34,349 nt of DNA from Octopus bimaculoides (Eukaryota). The notes beneath the pieces were generated by a model. It worked only from the letters and a program-made list of their open reading frames with translations. It had not been told where the DNA came from and did no database searches. This document shows, in pieces, positions 20,035 to 31,028 of this stretch. Within the stretch, counting starts at the first letter, position 1, and the number at the start of each line of letters is the position of its first letter. The DNA lies in contig NC_068982.1 in assembly GCF_001194135.2 (NCBI RefSeq), positions 14,159,669-14,194,017 of the forward strand. The letters run 5' to 3'. Both the position numbers and the translations under genes were made by a program.

Positions 20035-20372
20035 AATAATAAAGAAGTGAAATTGAACTTGTGTGTGTTTATTATTGGCACAATGACCCTCCCAAGATAC
20101 AGCAAAATTTGTTTCAACACTCATGTTCACATCAAGAATCTTGCAAACAAAATCGTGTTTCCTTCCATGCAGTTTTTTTTTTTTTCTATTGGCTCCTGCC
20201 TTCTTTCAACAAAGTAACACAATTCACATTCCACGTGTTCTACATGAAAGACAAACAAAAACACTACAACAACAACAACATGAAGAACAACAGATGGAAA
20301 CCCTACAACAAAAACAAAACAGACACTGCATACAAACATAATGCTCCACCCAACAAAGAAATTGCTCTGTAA
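20035..20372 (+). pseudogene. Diverged homolog of the 10030-10190 arm with ORF-start relic (putative Penelope-like ORF N-terminus)
   Basis: MTLPRYSKICFNTHVHIKNLANKI versus MTLPRHNRICFNTRNHIKNLANQI at 10089 (18/24 identical); upstream AAGTG(G)AAATT...GTGTGTT...CACAAT also aligns. Confidence 0.5.
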
Positions 20373-21545
20373 GCACCTCAATGAGGAGGAGGAGGAGGAG
20401 GAAGAAAAGAAGGGGAAGAGGAGGAATTCTTTATTAGCCTCAAGGCTTTTGAAACATGAAGAATTCTAGCAAAAGAAATTTAACAAAAACATTTGACAAA
20501 TACACATCCATAATTCAACAACAAATTCTTGTTTTTCCCTTTATTTATTTATTTATTCATTTATATATATNNNNNNNNNNNNNNNNNNNNNNNNNNNNNN
20601 NNNNNNNNNNNNNNNNNNNNNNNNNNNNNNNNNNNNNNNNNNNNNNNNNNNNNNNNNNNNNNNNNNNNNNNNNNNNNNNNNNNNNNNNNNNNNNNNNNNN
20701 NNNNNNNNNNNNNNNNNNNNNNNNNNNNNNNNNNNNNNNNNNNNNNNNNNNNNNNNNNNNNNNNNNNNNNNNNNNNNNNNNNNNNNNNNNNNNNNNNNNN
20801 NNNNNNNNNNNNNNNNNNNNNNNNNNNNNNNNNNNNNNNNNNNNNNNNNNNNNNNNNNNNNNNNNNNNNNNNNNNNNNNNNNNNNNNNNNNNNNNNNNNN
20901 NNNNNNNNNNNNNNNNNNNNNNNNNNNNNNNNNNNNNNNNNNNNNNNNNNNNNNNNNNNNNNNNNNNNNNNNNNNNNNNNNNNNNNNNNNNNNNNNNNNN
21001 NNNNNNNNNNNNNNNNNNNNNNNNNNNNNNNNNNNNNNNNNNNNNNNNNNNNNNNNNNNNNNNNNNNNNNNNNNNNNNNNNNNNNNNNNNNNNNNNNNNN
21101 NNNNNNNNNNNNNNNNNNNNNNNNNNNNNNNNNNNNNNNNNNNNNNNNNNNNNNNNNNNNNNNNNNNNNNNNNNNNNNNNNNNNNNNNNNNNNNNNNNNN
21201 NNNNNNNNNNNNNNNNNNNNNNNNNNNNNNNNNNNNNNNNNNNNNNNNNNNNNNNNNNNNNNNNNNNNNNNNNNNNNNNNNNNNNNNNNNNNNNNNNNNN
21301 NNNNNNNNNNNNNNNNNNNNNNNNNNNNNNNNNNNNNNNNNNNNNNNNNNNNNNNNNNNNNNNNNNNNNNNNNNNNNNNNNNNNNNNNNNNNNNNNNCAC
21401 ACACACACACACACACAAACAAACACACACAAACACACACAAACACACACAAACACACACACACACACACACACAAACGCACACACAAATGCAAACACAC
21501 ACACAAACACATGCACACACAAACACATGCACACAAACACACAAC

Positions 21546-21610
21546 AGGATTCTTTGAGTTTCCGTCTACCAAATCCACTCACAAGGTTTTGGTCAGTCTG
21601 TGTTTATAGC
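21546..21610 (-). mobile_element. CORE-type SINE internal fragment fused to an RTE-like element
   Basis: GGATTCTTTGAGTTTCCGTCTACCAAATCCACTCACAAGGTTTTGGTC after a CA-rich tract. Confidence 0.7.
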
Positions 21611-22285
21611 AGGAGGCTGCACCAGGCTCCAGTCTGATCTGGCAATGTTTCTACAGCTGGATGCCCTTCCTAATGCCAACCACTCCAAGAGTGTAGTGGG
21701 TGCTTTTTATGTGTCACCAACATGGGAGCCAGTCAGGGTCACTTGCAACAACCATGCTTGAATGGTGCTTTTTATATGCCACCAGCACAGGAGCCAGTCA
21801 GGCAGCACTGGCAACAACGACGCTCAAATGGTGCTGTTTATATGCCACCAGCATGGAAGCCAGTCAGGCAGCATTGCAATGACCACGCTCGAATTGTGCT
21901 TTTTACATGCCACTGGCACAGAACCAGTCATATGGCACTGGCATCGACCACATTCGTATGGTGCATTTTACGTGCCACCGGCATGGGAGCCTGTCAGGCG
22001 GCACTGGCAATGACCACACTCGAATGGTGCTTTTTACAAGCCACCGGCATGGAACAGTCATACAGCACTGGCATCAACCACACTCATATGGTGCATTTTA
22101 CATGCCACTGGCATGGGAGTCAGTCAGGCAACACTGGCAATGACCATGCTCGAATGGTGCTTTTTACATGCCACTGGCACAGGACCAGTCATACTGCACT
22201 AGCATTGACCACATTTGTATGGTGGATTGTACGTGCCACCATCATGGGAGCCAGTCAGGTGGCACTGGCAATGACCACGCTTGTA
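21611..22285 (-). mobile_element. RTE-like non-autonomous element with nine 64-66-bp tandem units
   Basis: CTACAGCTGGATGCCCTTCCTAATGCCAACC motif; GGTGC-like anchors at 21699, 21764, 21830, 21895, 21960, 22026, 22090, 22156, 22221. Confidence 0.85.
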
Positions 22286-22863
22286 TGATGGAAGTTTGCT
22301 GCTTCTCTTAAGTTGGTTGCAGATTAGCTCTGATAAAAACAACTTGGGAAAAAATCATCATAGCAAACTGTTTTATAAACTATCTCACAAACTTGTAAGC
22401 AGTTCAAATATGCTAGAGGCATATTTGAACCAGTAAGAAAGTTATTCACTGTATTTCATCGTGGAGAAGATTTCTTGCTGACAAATACATTGAATAGCTT
22501 TCTTACAGGTCTGGATATACTTCAAACATATTTGAACTGGTAACAATTTTGTATTTATATATATATCACTGCTTAGCACTGTCACCCTGTATAATTATCT
22601 TAGTTTAGCTTACTGGAATATAGTTTCGAAAGAGTTGGAAATATATTTATTCATTATTTAATGGTGTTCACTAAATTGAAGATATTAAAAGATAATCTAA
22701 ATCAATAAAGAAAATATCTGATGGTTTTGAAAATACATAAAGTAGAATAATATTTTAAAAATGCAGACTTGAATTTGGTAAATGATTGCAAATTGAAGGA
22801 ATATAAATTTGCTGGAGAGGTTGTATGGAAGGGGACATCACAAGGACTGGCTGATTGTATCTT

Positions 22864-23615
22864 CTATCTTTTATTTGTTTCAATCATTATATTGTGGCCA
22901 TGCTGGGGCACCACCTTGAAGAATTTTAGTCAAATGAATCAACACCAGTACTAATTTTTTTTATCAAGCTTGGTACTTATTCTATAAATATTTTTTTTAG
23001 GCCAAACCACTAAGTCACAGGGACATAAACACACCAACACCGGTTGTCAAGCAGTGGTGGAGAACAAACACAGACACAAAGACACATCCATATATATATN
23101 NNNNNNNNNNNNNNNNNNNNNNNNNNNNNNNNNNNNNNNNNNNNNNNNNNNNNNNNNNNNNNNNNNNNNNNNNNNNNNNNNNNNNNNNNNNNNNNNNNNN
23201 NNNNNNNNNNNNNNNNNNNNNNNNNNNNNNNNNNNNNNNNNNNNNNNNNNNNNTTTCCATGTTAATTGTTAACAAGGGAAAAATACACACATCTATTTAT
23301 ACATATATATATATATATATATATATATGATAGGCTTCTTTCAGATTCTTATTTCTTTACTGTCCACAAGGGGCTACCCACAGAGGGGACAAACAAGGAC
23401 AGACAAATGGATTAAATCGATTATATCGACCCCAGTGCGTAACTGCTACTTATTTAATCGACCCAAAAAGGATGAAAGGCAAAGTCGACCTCAGTGGAAT
23501 TTGAACTCAGAACGTAGTGGCAGACGAAATACTGCTAAGCATTTCGCCCGGCGTGCTAACGTTTCTGCCAGCTCGCTTTCTTGATAGGCTTCTTTCAGTT
23601 TCTCTCTACCAAATA
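22864..23615 (-). mobile_element. CORE-type SINE interrupted by an N gap and a nested Meta-SINE
   Basis: Tail GTGGCCATGCTGGGGCACCACC at about 22895; resumes TAGGCTTCTTTCAGTTTC..CTACCAAAT at 23585. Confidence 0.75.
23345..23581 (-). mobile_element. Meta-domain SINE (GGGCAATAAAGAAAT-tailed subfamily), nested, 17-bp TSD
   Basis: TGATAGGCTTCTTTCAG at 23328-23344 and 23582-23598; CpG-rich full-length body. Confidence 0.9.
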
Positions 23616-24331
23616 CATTTGCGAAATATACATACGTATGTGGCATCATGATTAATCATTTAGAGTCAAAAATATATTCGATACTATTTTGACATTAAAT
23701 ATTTATTGTCATCTTATATTTTGTATTGTCGTCTATCATATTTTTGTATTGTTGTCTATTTTATGTTTATTATATAAACACTGGTGAAATAAAGAAAATT
23801 TTTTATTATCATTTCCAGGGACAAAGTTTTCTTACACAGATATTATTATTATCCAGGGACCTACTTTGGCTCACTTTGCTCTTAGCCATTCCACCTACCT
23901 CATTATGTAGCTGGCGCATTCATTACTCTCTTCTGTTCCAGCATGAATCACATAAGAGGAACCTTTAACCATTAATGCCAACTGGCTTATTCTCCAGCCA
24001 ACTACCGACCAAGTAATTTTCACTAGCTATGTATACCTTTTACTGTTTCACATGCACTTTTAGTAAAAGCACAGTTATATAGAAACTTGTTATCTAAACT
24101 TTGACTGAATGTTATTTGTCTCACCAACGTACACGCAGCTTAACACAGAACAAACAAGAAAACTGGATTCATGTTTGACTCCTCACTAAAATTGAATCAA
24201 AAAAAAAACTGTCATATTAGATTTTCTAATAGGGATTTCTGAAAGGCTTGGCAAGGGTGCCTCAAAATGGAAAAAGTTGGGATACTGTGATATATGCAAT
24301 ATATACAATATATATATATATACATATATAC

Positions 24332-24732
24332 TCTTTTATTCTTTTACTTGCTTCAGTCATTTAACTGTGGCCATGCTGGAGCACCGTCTTTAGTTGAACA
24401 AATCGACCCCAGAGCTTATTCTTTGTAAGAATAGTACTTATTCTATCGGTTTCTTTTGCCAAACTGCTAAGTTACAGGGATGTAAACACACCAGCATTAG
24501 TTTCAAGTAATGTTGTTGGGAACAAACACAGACGCACAAACATATACACACACATACATATACATATATATACATATACGTTTCCATCTACCAAATCCAC
24601 TCAGAAGTCTTTGGTCGGCCTGAGGCTTTAGTAGAAGACACTTGCCCAAGGTGCCACACAATGGGACTGAACCCAGGACCATGTGCATGTGACTGGTAAG
24701 CAAGCTACTTACCACACAGCCACTCTTGCACC
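24332..24732 (-). mobile_element. CORE-type SINE, full-length
   Basis: Reverse complement of 17920-18357 from tail to CAAGCTACTTACCACACAGCCACTC. Confidence 0.9.
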
Positions 24733-24739
24733 TATATTA

Positions 24740-24858
24740 ATTATTCTTAAATAAGAATATTATTGACAATGACTTCAAAGTTTTGGCCAGCTGACAACAG
24801 TTTATACCTGGCCATAACTTCAAAGTTACTGTCAATAATATTCTTATTTAAGAATAAT
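24740..24858. repeat. 51-bp inverted repeat with 17-nt loop
   Basis: 24740-24790 versus 24808-24858, 5 mismatches, outer 29 bp perfect. Confidence 0.9.
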
Positions 24859-25664
24859 AAATTTGTGTGCAACAAAAATATAGAGTTACACTTCAGATTG
24901 ATGTAGACTTGTTTTTATTATAGCTGATCATGAAAGCAAACATTGATATTATTTATATTTGTTTTGTTTGCTCTCAGCCCTTTCTTCTCCAGAACTTTCG
25001 TGGGTGCCGCCAGCATGGGAAGTTCTCAGTCTTCATCATTAATGGCACGAAACTGAGTATTACCATTTGGTTGATAACTGAAGAAGAATCAGTAACCTTT
25101 TGTATTTGCCTCCCATTTGGTTTTACACTTAGTATACATTATGTCGTTTATTTATTTACCATACATTTTTTTTCATTTTCTCATTTCTTANNNNNNNNNN
25201 NNNNNNNNNNNNNNNNNNNNNNNNNNNNNNNNNNNNNNNNNNNNNNNNNNNNNNNNNNNNNNNNNNNNNNNNNNNNNNNNNNNNNNNNNNNNNNNNNNNN
25301 NNNNNNNNNNNNNNNNNNNNNNNNNNNNNNNNNNNNNNNNNNNNNNNNNNNNNNNNNNNNNNNNNNNNNNNNNNNNNNNNNNNNNNNNNNNNNNNNNNNN
25401 NNNNNNNNNNNNNNNNNNNNNNNNNNNNNNNNNNNNNNNNNNNNNNNNNNNNNNNNNNNNNNNNNNNNNNNNNNNNNNNNNNNNNNNNNNNNNNNNNNNN
25501 NNNNNNNNNNNNNNNNNNNNNNNNNNNNNNNNNNNNNNNNNNNNNNNNNNNNNNNNNNNNNNNNNNNNNNNNNNNNNNNNNNNNNNNNNNNNNNNNNNNN
25601 NNNNNNNNNNNNNNNNNNNNNNNNNNNNNNNNNNNNNNNNNNNNNNNNNNNNNNNNNNNNNNNN

Positions 25665-25756
<92 letters not shown>

Positions 25757-25757
25757 T
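25665..25757. repeat. (TA)n plus (GATA)n microsatellite
   Basis: Direct reading. Confidence 0.95.
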
Positions 25758-27111
25758 GCATACAGCATTTTTCTACACACTTTCCACCTGCCAAATTCTA
25801 CTAAAAGGTATTATTCAACCCAAGGCTATCGTAGAAGACATTTGGCCAACATTTTAAGTTCTCGTTTGTAACATAATTGAAAGGAAATTGTTTTTGCTAT
25901 GAATCAAAACTAGGTTACATAATTAGCTCGTTAAGATATGTCGCAGCTATTCTACAATGGTTGCCTAAAATTATATTAACTACAGCAAAAACATAATGGG
26001 GGTTTATATACATTTCTGTACGAACTGCGATAATTTACAAGTGAAGCGGTGTTTGTATAACAAGCAACACACTCACTATTTTGGATCGTTATATTAAAAC
26101 AAAATTAGCTATAACTCTGGTAATATAATAACCACCACTATAATGACCAGGAAAAGAACAAGACTGATGTGATTGATGATTAGAGAATTGTAATAAAATT
26201 GTCAATATTTAATTAAAAACCGATTTCTATGTCTTTGAGGATTAGTATTCAAACTAAAGGCTGTAATTTGAAATATATTCTAAAAGCATCTTTGTCAAAT
26301 TAGTGTTTTCTATTTTCAAAAGCTTTTCAACTAATCTTTCAGAAATATAGGTCACAGAATCAGTGTTAGTATTTGAAAGTTGCAGTTTCCCTTAAGTTTG
26401 TTTCACTACTTTGTTAGTCGTTTCTTCTTTTCTTCTTTTTTTTTTATAAGCAAAGGCCAAATGGCATTCTAATTGTGGATACAAGGAATTAAAGACCTGA
26501 ATAACTGAAACATTTGCTTTTTTTTTTAACTTCTAGCCTATTTCAAAAAAATTTTATACTTTTATTATTTTACTACCTTCAATCATTGAGATTTGGCCAT
26601 GCTACAGTAATTATTTCAGTGGTTTTAATCAATGATATTAACCCCAGTAATTGATTCAAAATAGTAATTATTTTATCATTTTCTATCCAATGACTATGTT
26701 ACATTACATTTTTGACATGGAAGAATGCTCTTCCTAGCACCAGCCAGTTAACAGAATGTGCTGGGTGCTTTTACATGGCCCCAGCATCAGTGAGGTCACC
26801 AANNNNNNNNNNNNNNNNNNNNNNNNNNNNNNNNNNNNNNNNNNNNNNNNNNNNNNNNNNNNNNNNNNNNNNNNNNNNNNNNNNNNNNNNAAAAGGAAGG
26901 GATAAAAAAGGAAGGAAGAAAGAAAGAGATGTGAGGTCCAGACACAATTTTAATATGAGGCAGAATAGGAAATACAAGGAGTGAAAATCGTGTAACGGAT
27001 GATTAGAGATAAGGAATGAGCTGGACACAAAGGCTATCAGGTCAGTGGAGCAAGAAGCGAAGGAAATGGAAGAAAATGAGTTGTGGAGGAAGTGTCTGAT
27101 TTATATATCTC

Positions 27112-27299
27112 TGCTGGTGGCACATAAAAAGCACTTACTACACTCTCGGAGTGGTTGGCGTTAGGAAGGGCATCCAGCTGTAGAAACTCTGCCAGATCAG
27201 ACTGGAGCCTGGTGCAACCTCTTGGCTTACCACTCCTCAAACTGCCAAACCTATACCAGCATGGACAACGGACGTTAAATGATGATGATGATGATGATG
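27112..27299 (+). mobile_element. RTE-like non-autonomous element with (GAT)n tail
   Basis: GGCACATAAAAAGCAC...GTGGTTGGCGTTAGGAAGGGCATCCAGCTGTAGAAAC...ACGGACGTTAAATGATGATG. Confidence 0.85.
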
Positions 27300-28123
27300 T
27301 ACTCATATGTATACAGCTATAAATGTGTATTAATGTACATTTGCAGGTAAATCTGTATGTGTATGTGTAGATGTATGTATGTGTATATGTGTATCTCTAT
27401 ATTTATGTAAATGTGTATCTACATAGAGATGTGTATATATGTATATATTAACATACAGATATTTGTACCTGTATGTNNNNNNNNNNNNNNNNNNNNNNNN
27501 NNNNNNNNNNNNNNNNNNNNNNNNNNNNNNNNNNNNNNNNNNNNNNNNNNNNNNNNNNNNNNNNNNNNNNNNNNNNNNNNNNNNNNNNNNNNNNNNNNNN
27601 NNNNNNNNNNNNNNNNNNNNNNNNNNNNNNNNNNNNNNNNNNNNNNNNNNNNNNNNNNNNNNNNNNNNNNNNNNNNNNNNNNNNNNNNNNNNNNNNNNNN
27701 NNNNNNNNNNNNNNNNNNNNNNNNNNNNNNNNNNNNNNNNNNNNNNNNNNNNNNNNNNNNNNNNNNNNNNNNNNNNNNNNNNNNNNNNNNNNNNNNNNNN
27801 NNNNNNNNNNNNNNNNNNNNNNNNNNNNNNNNNNNNNNNNNNNNNNNNNNNNNNNNNNNNNNNNNNNNNNNNNNNNNNNNNNNNNNNNNNNNNNNNNNNN
27901 NNNNNNNNNNNNNNNNNNNNNNNNNNNNNNNNNACATGTATGTATGTATGCATGTGTGCATGTATGTGTGCATGTATCCATGCATGTGGGTATGTGTGCA
28001 TGCATGTATGCAAATGTATGTATGCATGTGTATTTGCATGTATGTATGTGTATGCAAGCAAATGTGTATGTATGTGTGTTTGCCTGTATGTATATATACA
28101 TGTATATATAAATACAGGCAAAC

Positions 28124-28358
28124 AAGGCAGCGAGATGGCAGAATCGATAGCACGCCGGGTGAAATGCTTAACGGTATTTCGTCTGCCATTACATTCTGAG
28201 TTCAAATTCCGCTGAGGTCGACTTTGCCTTTCATCCTTTCAGGGTCAATTAAATAAGTACCACTTACATACTTGAGTCAATGTAATCGTTTCAATCCCTT
28301 TGTCTGTCCTTGTTTGTCCCCTCTGTGTTTAACCCCCTGTGGGCAATAAAGAAATAAA
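28124..28358 (+). mobile_element. Meta-domain SINE (GGGCAATAAAGAAAT-tailed subfamily)
   Basis: AAGGCAGCGAGATGGCAGAATCG head, GAGGTCGACTTTGCCTTTCATCCTTTC, tail CCTGTGGGCAATAAAGAAATAA. Confidence 0.9.
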
Positions 28359-28639
28359 TACATGCATGTATGTATGTATCCGTTATTAGGGACAATAGTG
28401 CTTCCATCACTAATAAGGAATTTTCACCCAAGTTGCCAGCTATTTGCAGCACCAGTGATTTCTTAATCACTGTTTTCCAATATTAATGGAAGCAAAATTT
28501 GATAGTGTTCAAAGAAGCAGCCCAGTTTCTATAGGACAGTGTAAATACAGAAATGAATTGACACACACATAAAAGCACTCAGTCTTCCATTTGCAAGAGA
28601 CATTATGTTATTTGGCTGCTTGTGACTGCTGAACAAAGA

Positions 28640-28968
28640 TGGTGCACAAGTTGACAACATGTAGTCCAAAGAAGTCAACATGTAAATTAGCACAGCAGTC
28701 TCACATAAGCCAGAGGTTGTGACAACGGGTGGTGAAACGTCTCGAGTGGAGACATATCATTTCACATGTGTACAACAATTAAAAGTGGATGACAAGATCA
28801 AACAAGTATATTACTGCACATGGCTTCTGAATAGCAGTTACAAGTGGTCGAAATAACACAATTACATTTGCAAATGAAAGGCTGGGTGTTTCTGTTTATG
28901 TGTAAATTTATTTCTATATTTACACTATGCTATGGAACCTGGGATACTTTCTTGTGTGCTACTCTGTA
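28640..28968 (+). mobile_element. Tc1/mariner (maT/DUF4817-like) transposase relic with internal deletion
   Basis: SPKKSTCKLAQQSHISQRL*QRVVKRL then, after a frameshift, YHFTCVQQLKVDDKIKQVYYCTWLLN, matching the SP.KS.R.L..E.GIS...V.R.LK / PYK...V.EL...D...R...C.W pattern; ends ACTCTG+TA. Confidence 0.65.
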
Positions 28969-29130
28969 TATATATAAACTTATAGTATAAGATATAGATT
29001 CAGAGAATCATGTGGGTATCACAGAAAGTTCTTCAAATGGACTCAGCTATGAGACCAGAAAGCCATCTGATATAGAGAAGTGTAATGCAGAGTGACCTGA
29101 TTAATGAAATTATTTCATGAGAAGTATATA

Positions 29131-29362
29131 TATTTCTTTATTGCCCACAGGGGGCTAAACACAGAGGGGGCAAACAAGGACAGACAAAGGGATTAAGTGG
29201 ATTACATCGACCCCAGTGCATAACTAGTACTTATTTAATCAACCTCGAAAGGATGAAAGGCAAAGTCAACCTCAGCAGAATGTGAACTCAGAATGTAACA
29301 GCAGACGAAATACCGCTAAGCATTTCGCTCGGCGTGCTAACGATTCTGCCAGTTCGCCGCCA
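29131..29362 (-). mobile_element. Meta-domain SINE, full-length, 17-bp TSD
   Basis: TTCATGAGAAGTATATA at 29114-29130 and 29363-29379. Confidence 0.9.
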
Positions 29363-30214
29363 TTCATGAGAAGTATATAAGCCATAAAATGTTGGATGTA
29401 TGAGAGATGGATATATTTATTTAACCATTGTCATTCTAAAGATTAAGGTGGTTTTGTAACCTTCTTCATGTAGTAATTATTTCAGTGTGGAATAAAATTA
29501 TATTTGTATGTTTGCATTAATATGCATGCTATACATTATACAATACAATTATATATTCGCAAATCAATGCAGATAAAGAAGGCTGGCTCATCAGATCACC
29601 AGGACATCAGAGTTACACCAATCCTCAACACTCACGTATGTGTGTATGTGTGCATGTGTGTGTGTGTGTGTGTGTGTGTGGGTGTGCGTGCGTGTGTGTG
29701 TGTGTGTGTGTGCATCTTGCATAAACTAGCAGAAAACTATTTAGAAGGCAAGATTTCTCTTATTTCAGATAATTTTCATTGCCCTAAGTAACAACAATTC
29801 TGTTTTGAGTGACGTGTACAATGGATTATAAGCACAGATTTAAAACATGAATTTGTTTGCCAAATACTTCCAATGTCTATATATCCAGTTTGGTTGGGAA
29901 ATATATCACTGAATGCTGTCAAGAAGCACCATTCTAAGTCTAACCTATTTTCTTTCTTCTACAAGCATCAAGTGGATCTTTCAGCTTTATTATCTAAACA
30001 TTCTTTCCTTCCAGGCTCCAAGGGGCTGTCAAATATGCACTGAATTGAACAGTTTCTTCTCATATCACAAAGGGAGTTTTACAGACGTTTACAGTTGTAC
30101 AAGTAAAAAAAGTTATCCATGATATTTTAAATAGCAATGATCAGATGATTCTGGAATAATTTCAGCAGGTTCAAGAATTGGCAGGTTAGAAATGGAATGA
30201 TTAACCTTTATGCT

Positions 30215-30540
30215 TTACCTTTTAATTGATTCAGTCATTGGACTGTGGCTATGCTGGAGCACCACCTTCAAGGGGTTTAGGGTTAGGGTTTTGCCGAACT
30301 GCTAAGTTACAGGGACGTAAACATACCAACATCAGTTGTCAAGCGATGATGGGGGGATAAACACAGACACACAAACATATACATAAATATATATATGACA
30401 GGCTTCCTCTAGTTTCCATCTACCGAATCCACTCACAAGGCTTTGGTCAGCCTGAGGCTATGGTAGAAGACACTTGCCCAAGGTGCCATGCAGTGGGAGT
30501 GAACCCAGAACCATGTGGTTCGTAAGCAAGCTACTTACTT
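30215..30540 (-). mobile_element. CORE-type SINE, left arm of a head-to-head pair, with internal deletion
   Basis: Reverse-complement match to 30565-30920, except about 60 bp missing near 30280. Confidence 0.9.
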
Positions 30541-30547
30541 CTTCTAT

Positions 30548-30936
30548 CAGGAGTGGGGCTGTGTAGTAAGTAGCTTGCTTACCAACCCACATGGTTCAGG
30601 GTTCAATCCCACTGCATGGCACCTTGGGCAAGTGTCTTCTACTATAGCCTCAGGCCGACTAAAGCCTTCTGAGTGGATTTGGTACACAGAAACTGGAGGA
30701 AGCTTGTTATATATATTTTTATATATATGTTTGTGTGTCTTTGTTTGTCCCCCCACCTTCGTTTGACAGCTGATGCTGGTGTGTTAACGTGCCCGTAACT
30801 TAGCGGTTGGGCAAAAGAGGCTGATGGAATAAGTACTAGACTTACAAAGAATAAGTCCTGGGGTCGATTTTTTCAACTAAAGGTGGTGCTCCAGTATGGC
30901 CACAGTCAAATGAATGAAACAAATAAAAAAAAAAGA
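30548..30936 (+). mobile_element. CORE-type SINE, right arm of a head-to-head pair
   Basis: CAGGAGTGGGGCTGTGTAGTAAG head through GTCAAATGAATGAAACAAATAAAA tail. Confidence 0.9.
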
Positions 30937-31028
30937 CAAATATCCTTACATTTTACCATCATAGCAAATTTGGCTATTTTCTTTTATTACCATTATCTGC
31001 CACATTTAAATAGACTATAACTAATAAG

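Noticed and set aside
20060-20381. Minus-strand hydrophobic ORF or NUMT (TGA read as Trp)
   Set aside because: Hydrophobicity comes from the complement of CAA-rich sequence; no match to any mitochondrial protein I recognise, and synonymous bias favours the plus frame.
21700-22288. ORFs of up to 188 aa over the tandem array
   Set aside because: The unit length of 64-66 bp does not preserve frame, all three frames give the same shuffled peptides, and the unit belongs to a dispersed retroelement.
22407-22433. 11-bp hairpin TTCAAATATGC/GCATATTTGAA
   Set aside because: Short, isolated and without extension; not distinguishable from background.
22509-22539. Possible 31-nt microexon (CTTTCTTACAG...CTG|GTAACA)
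   Set aside because: Weak donor, frame-shifting length, no neighbouring exons found; such motifs arise by chance in AT-rich DNA.
24230-24292. Possible hAT-like terminus (AAAAAGTTGGGATACTG)
   Set aside because: No matching opposite terminus or 8-bp TSD could be found.
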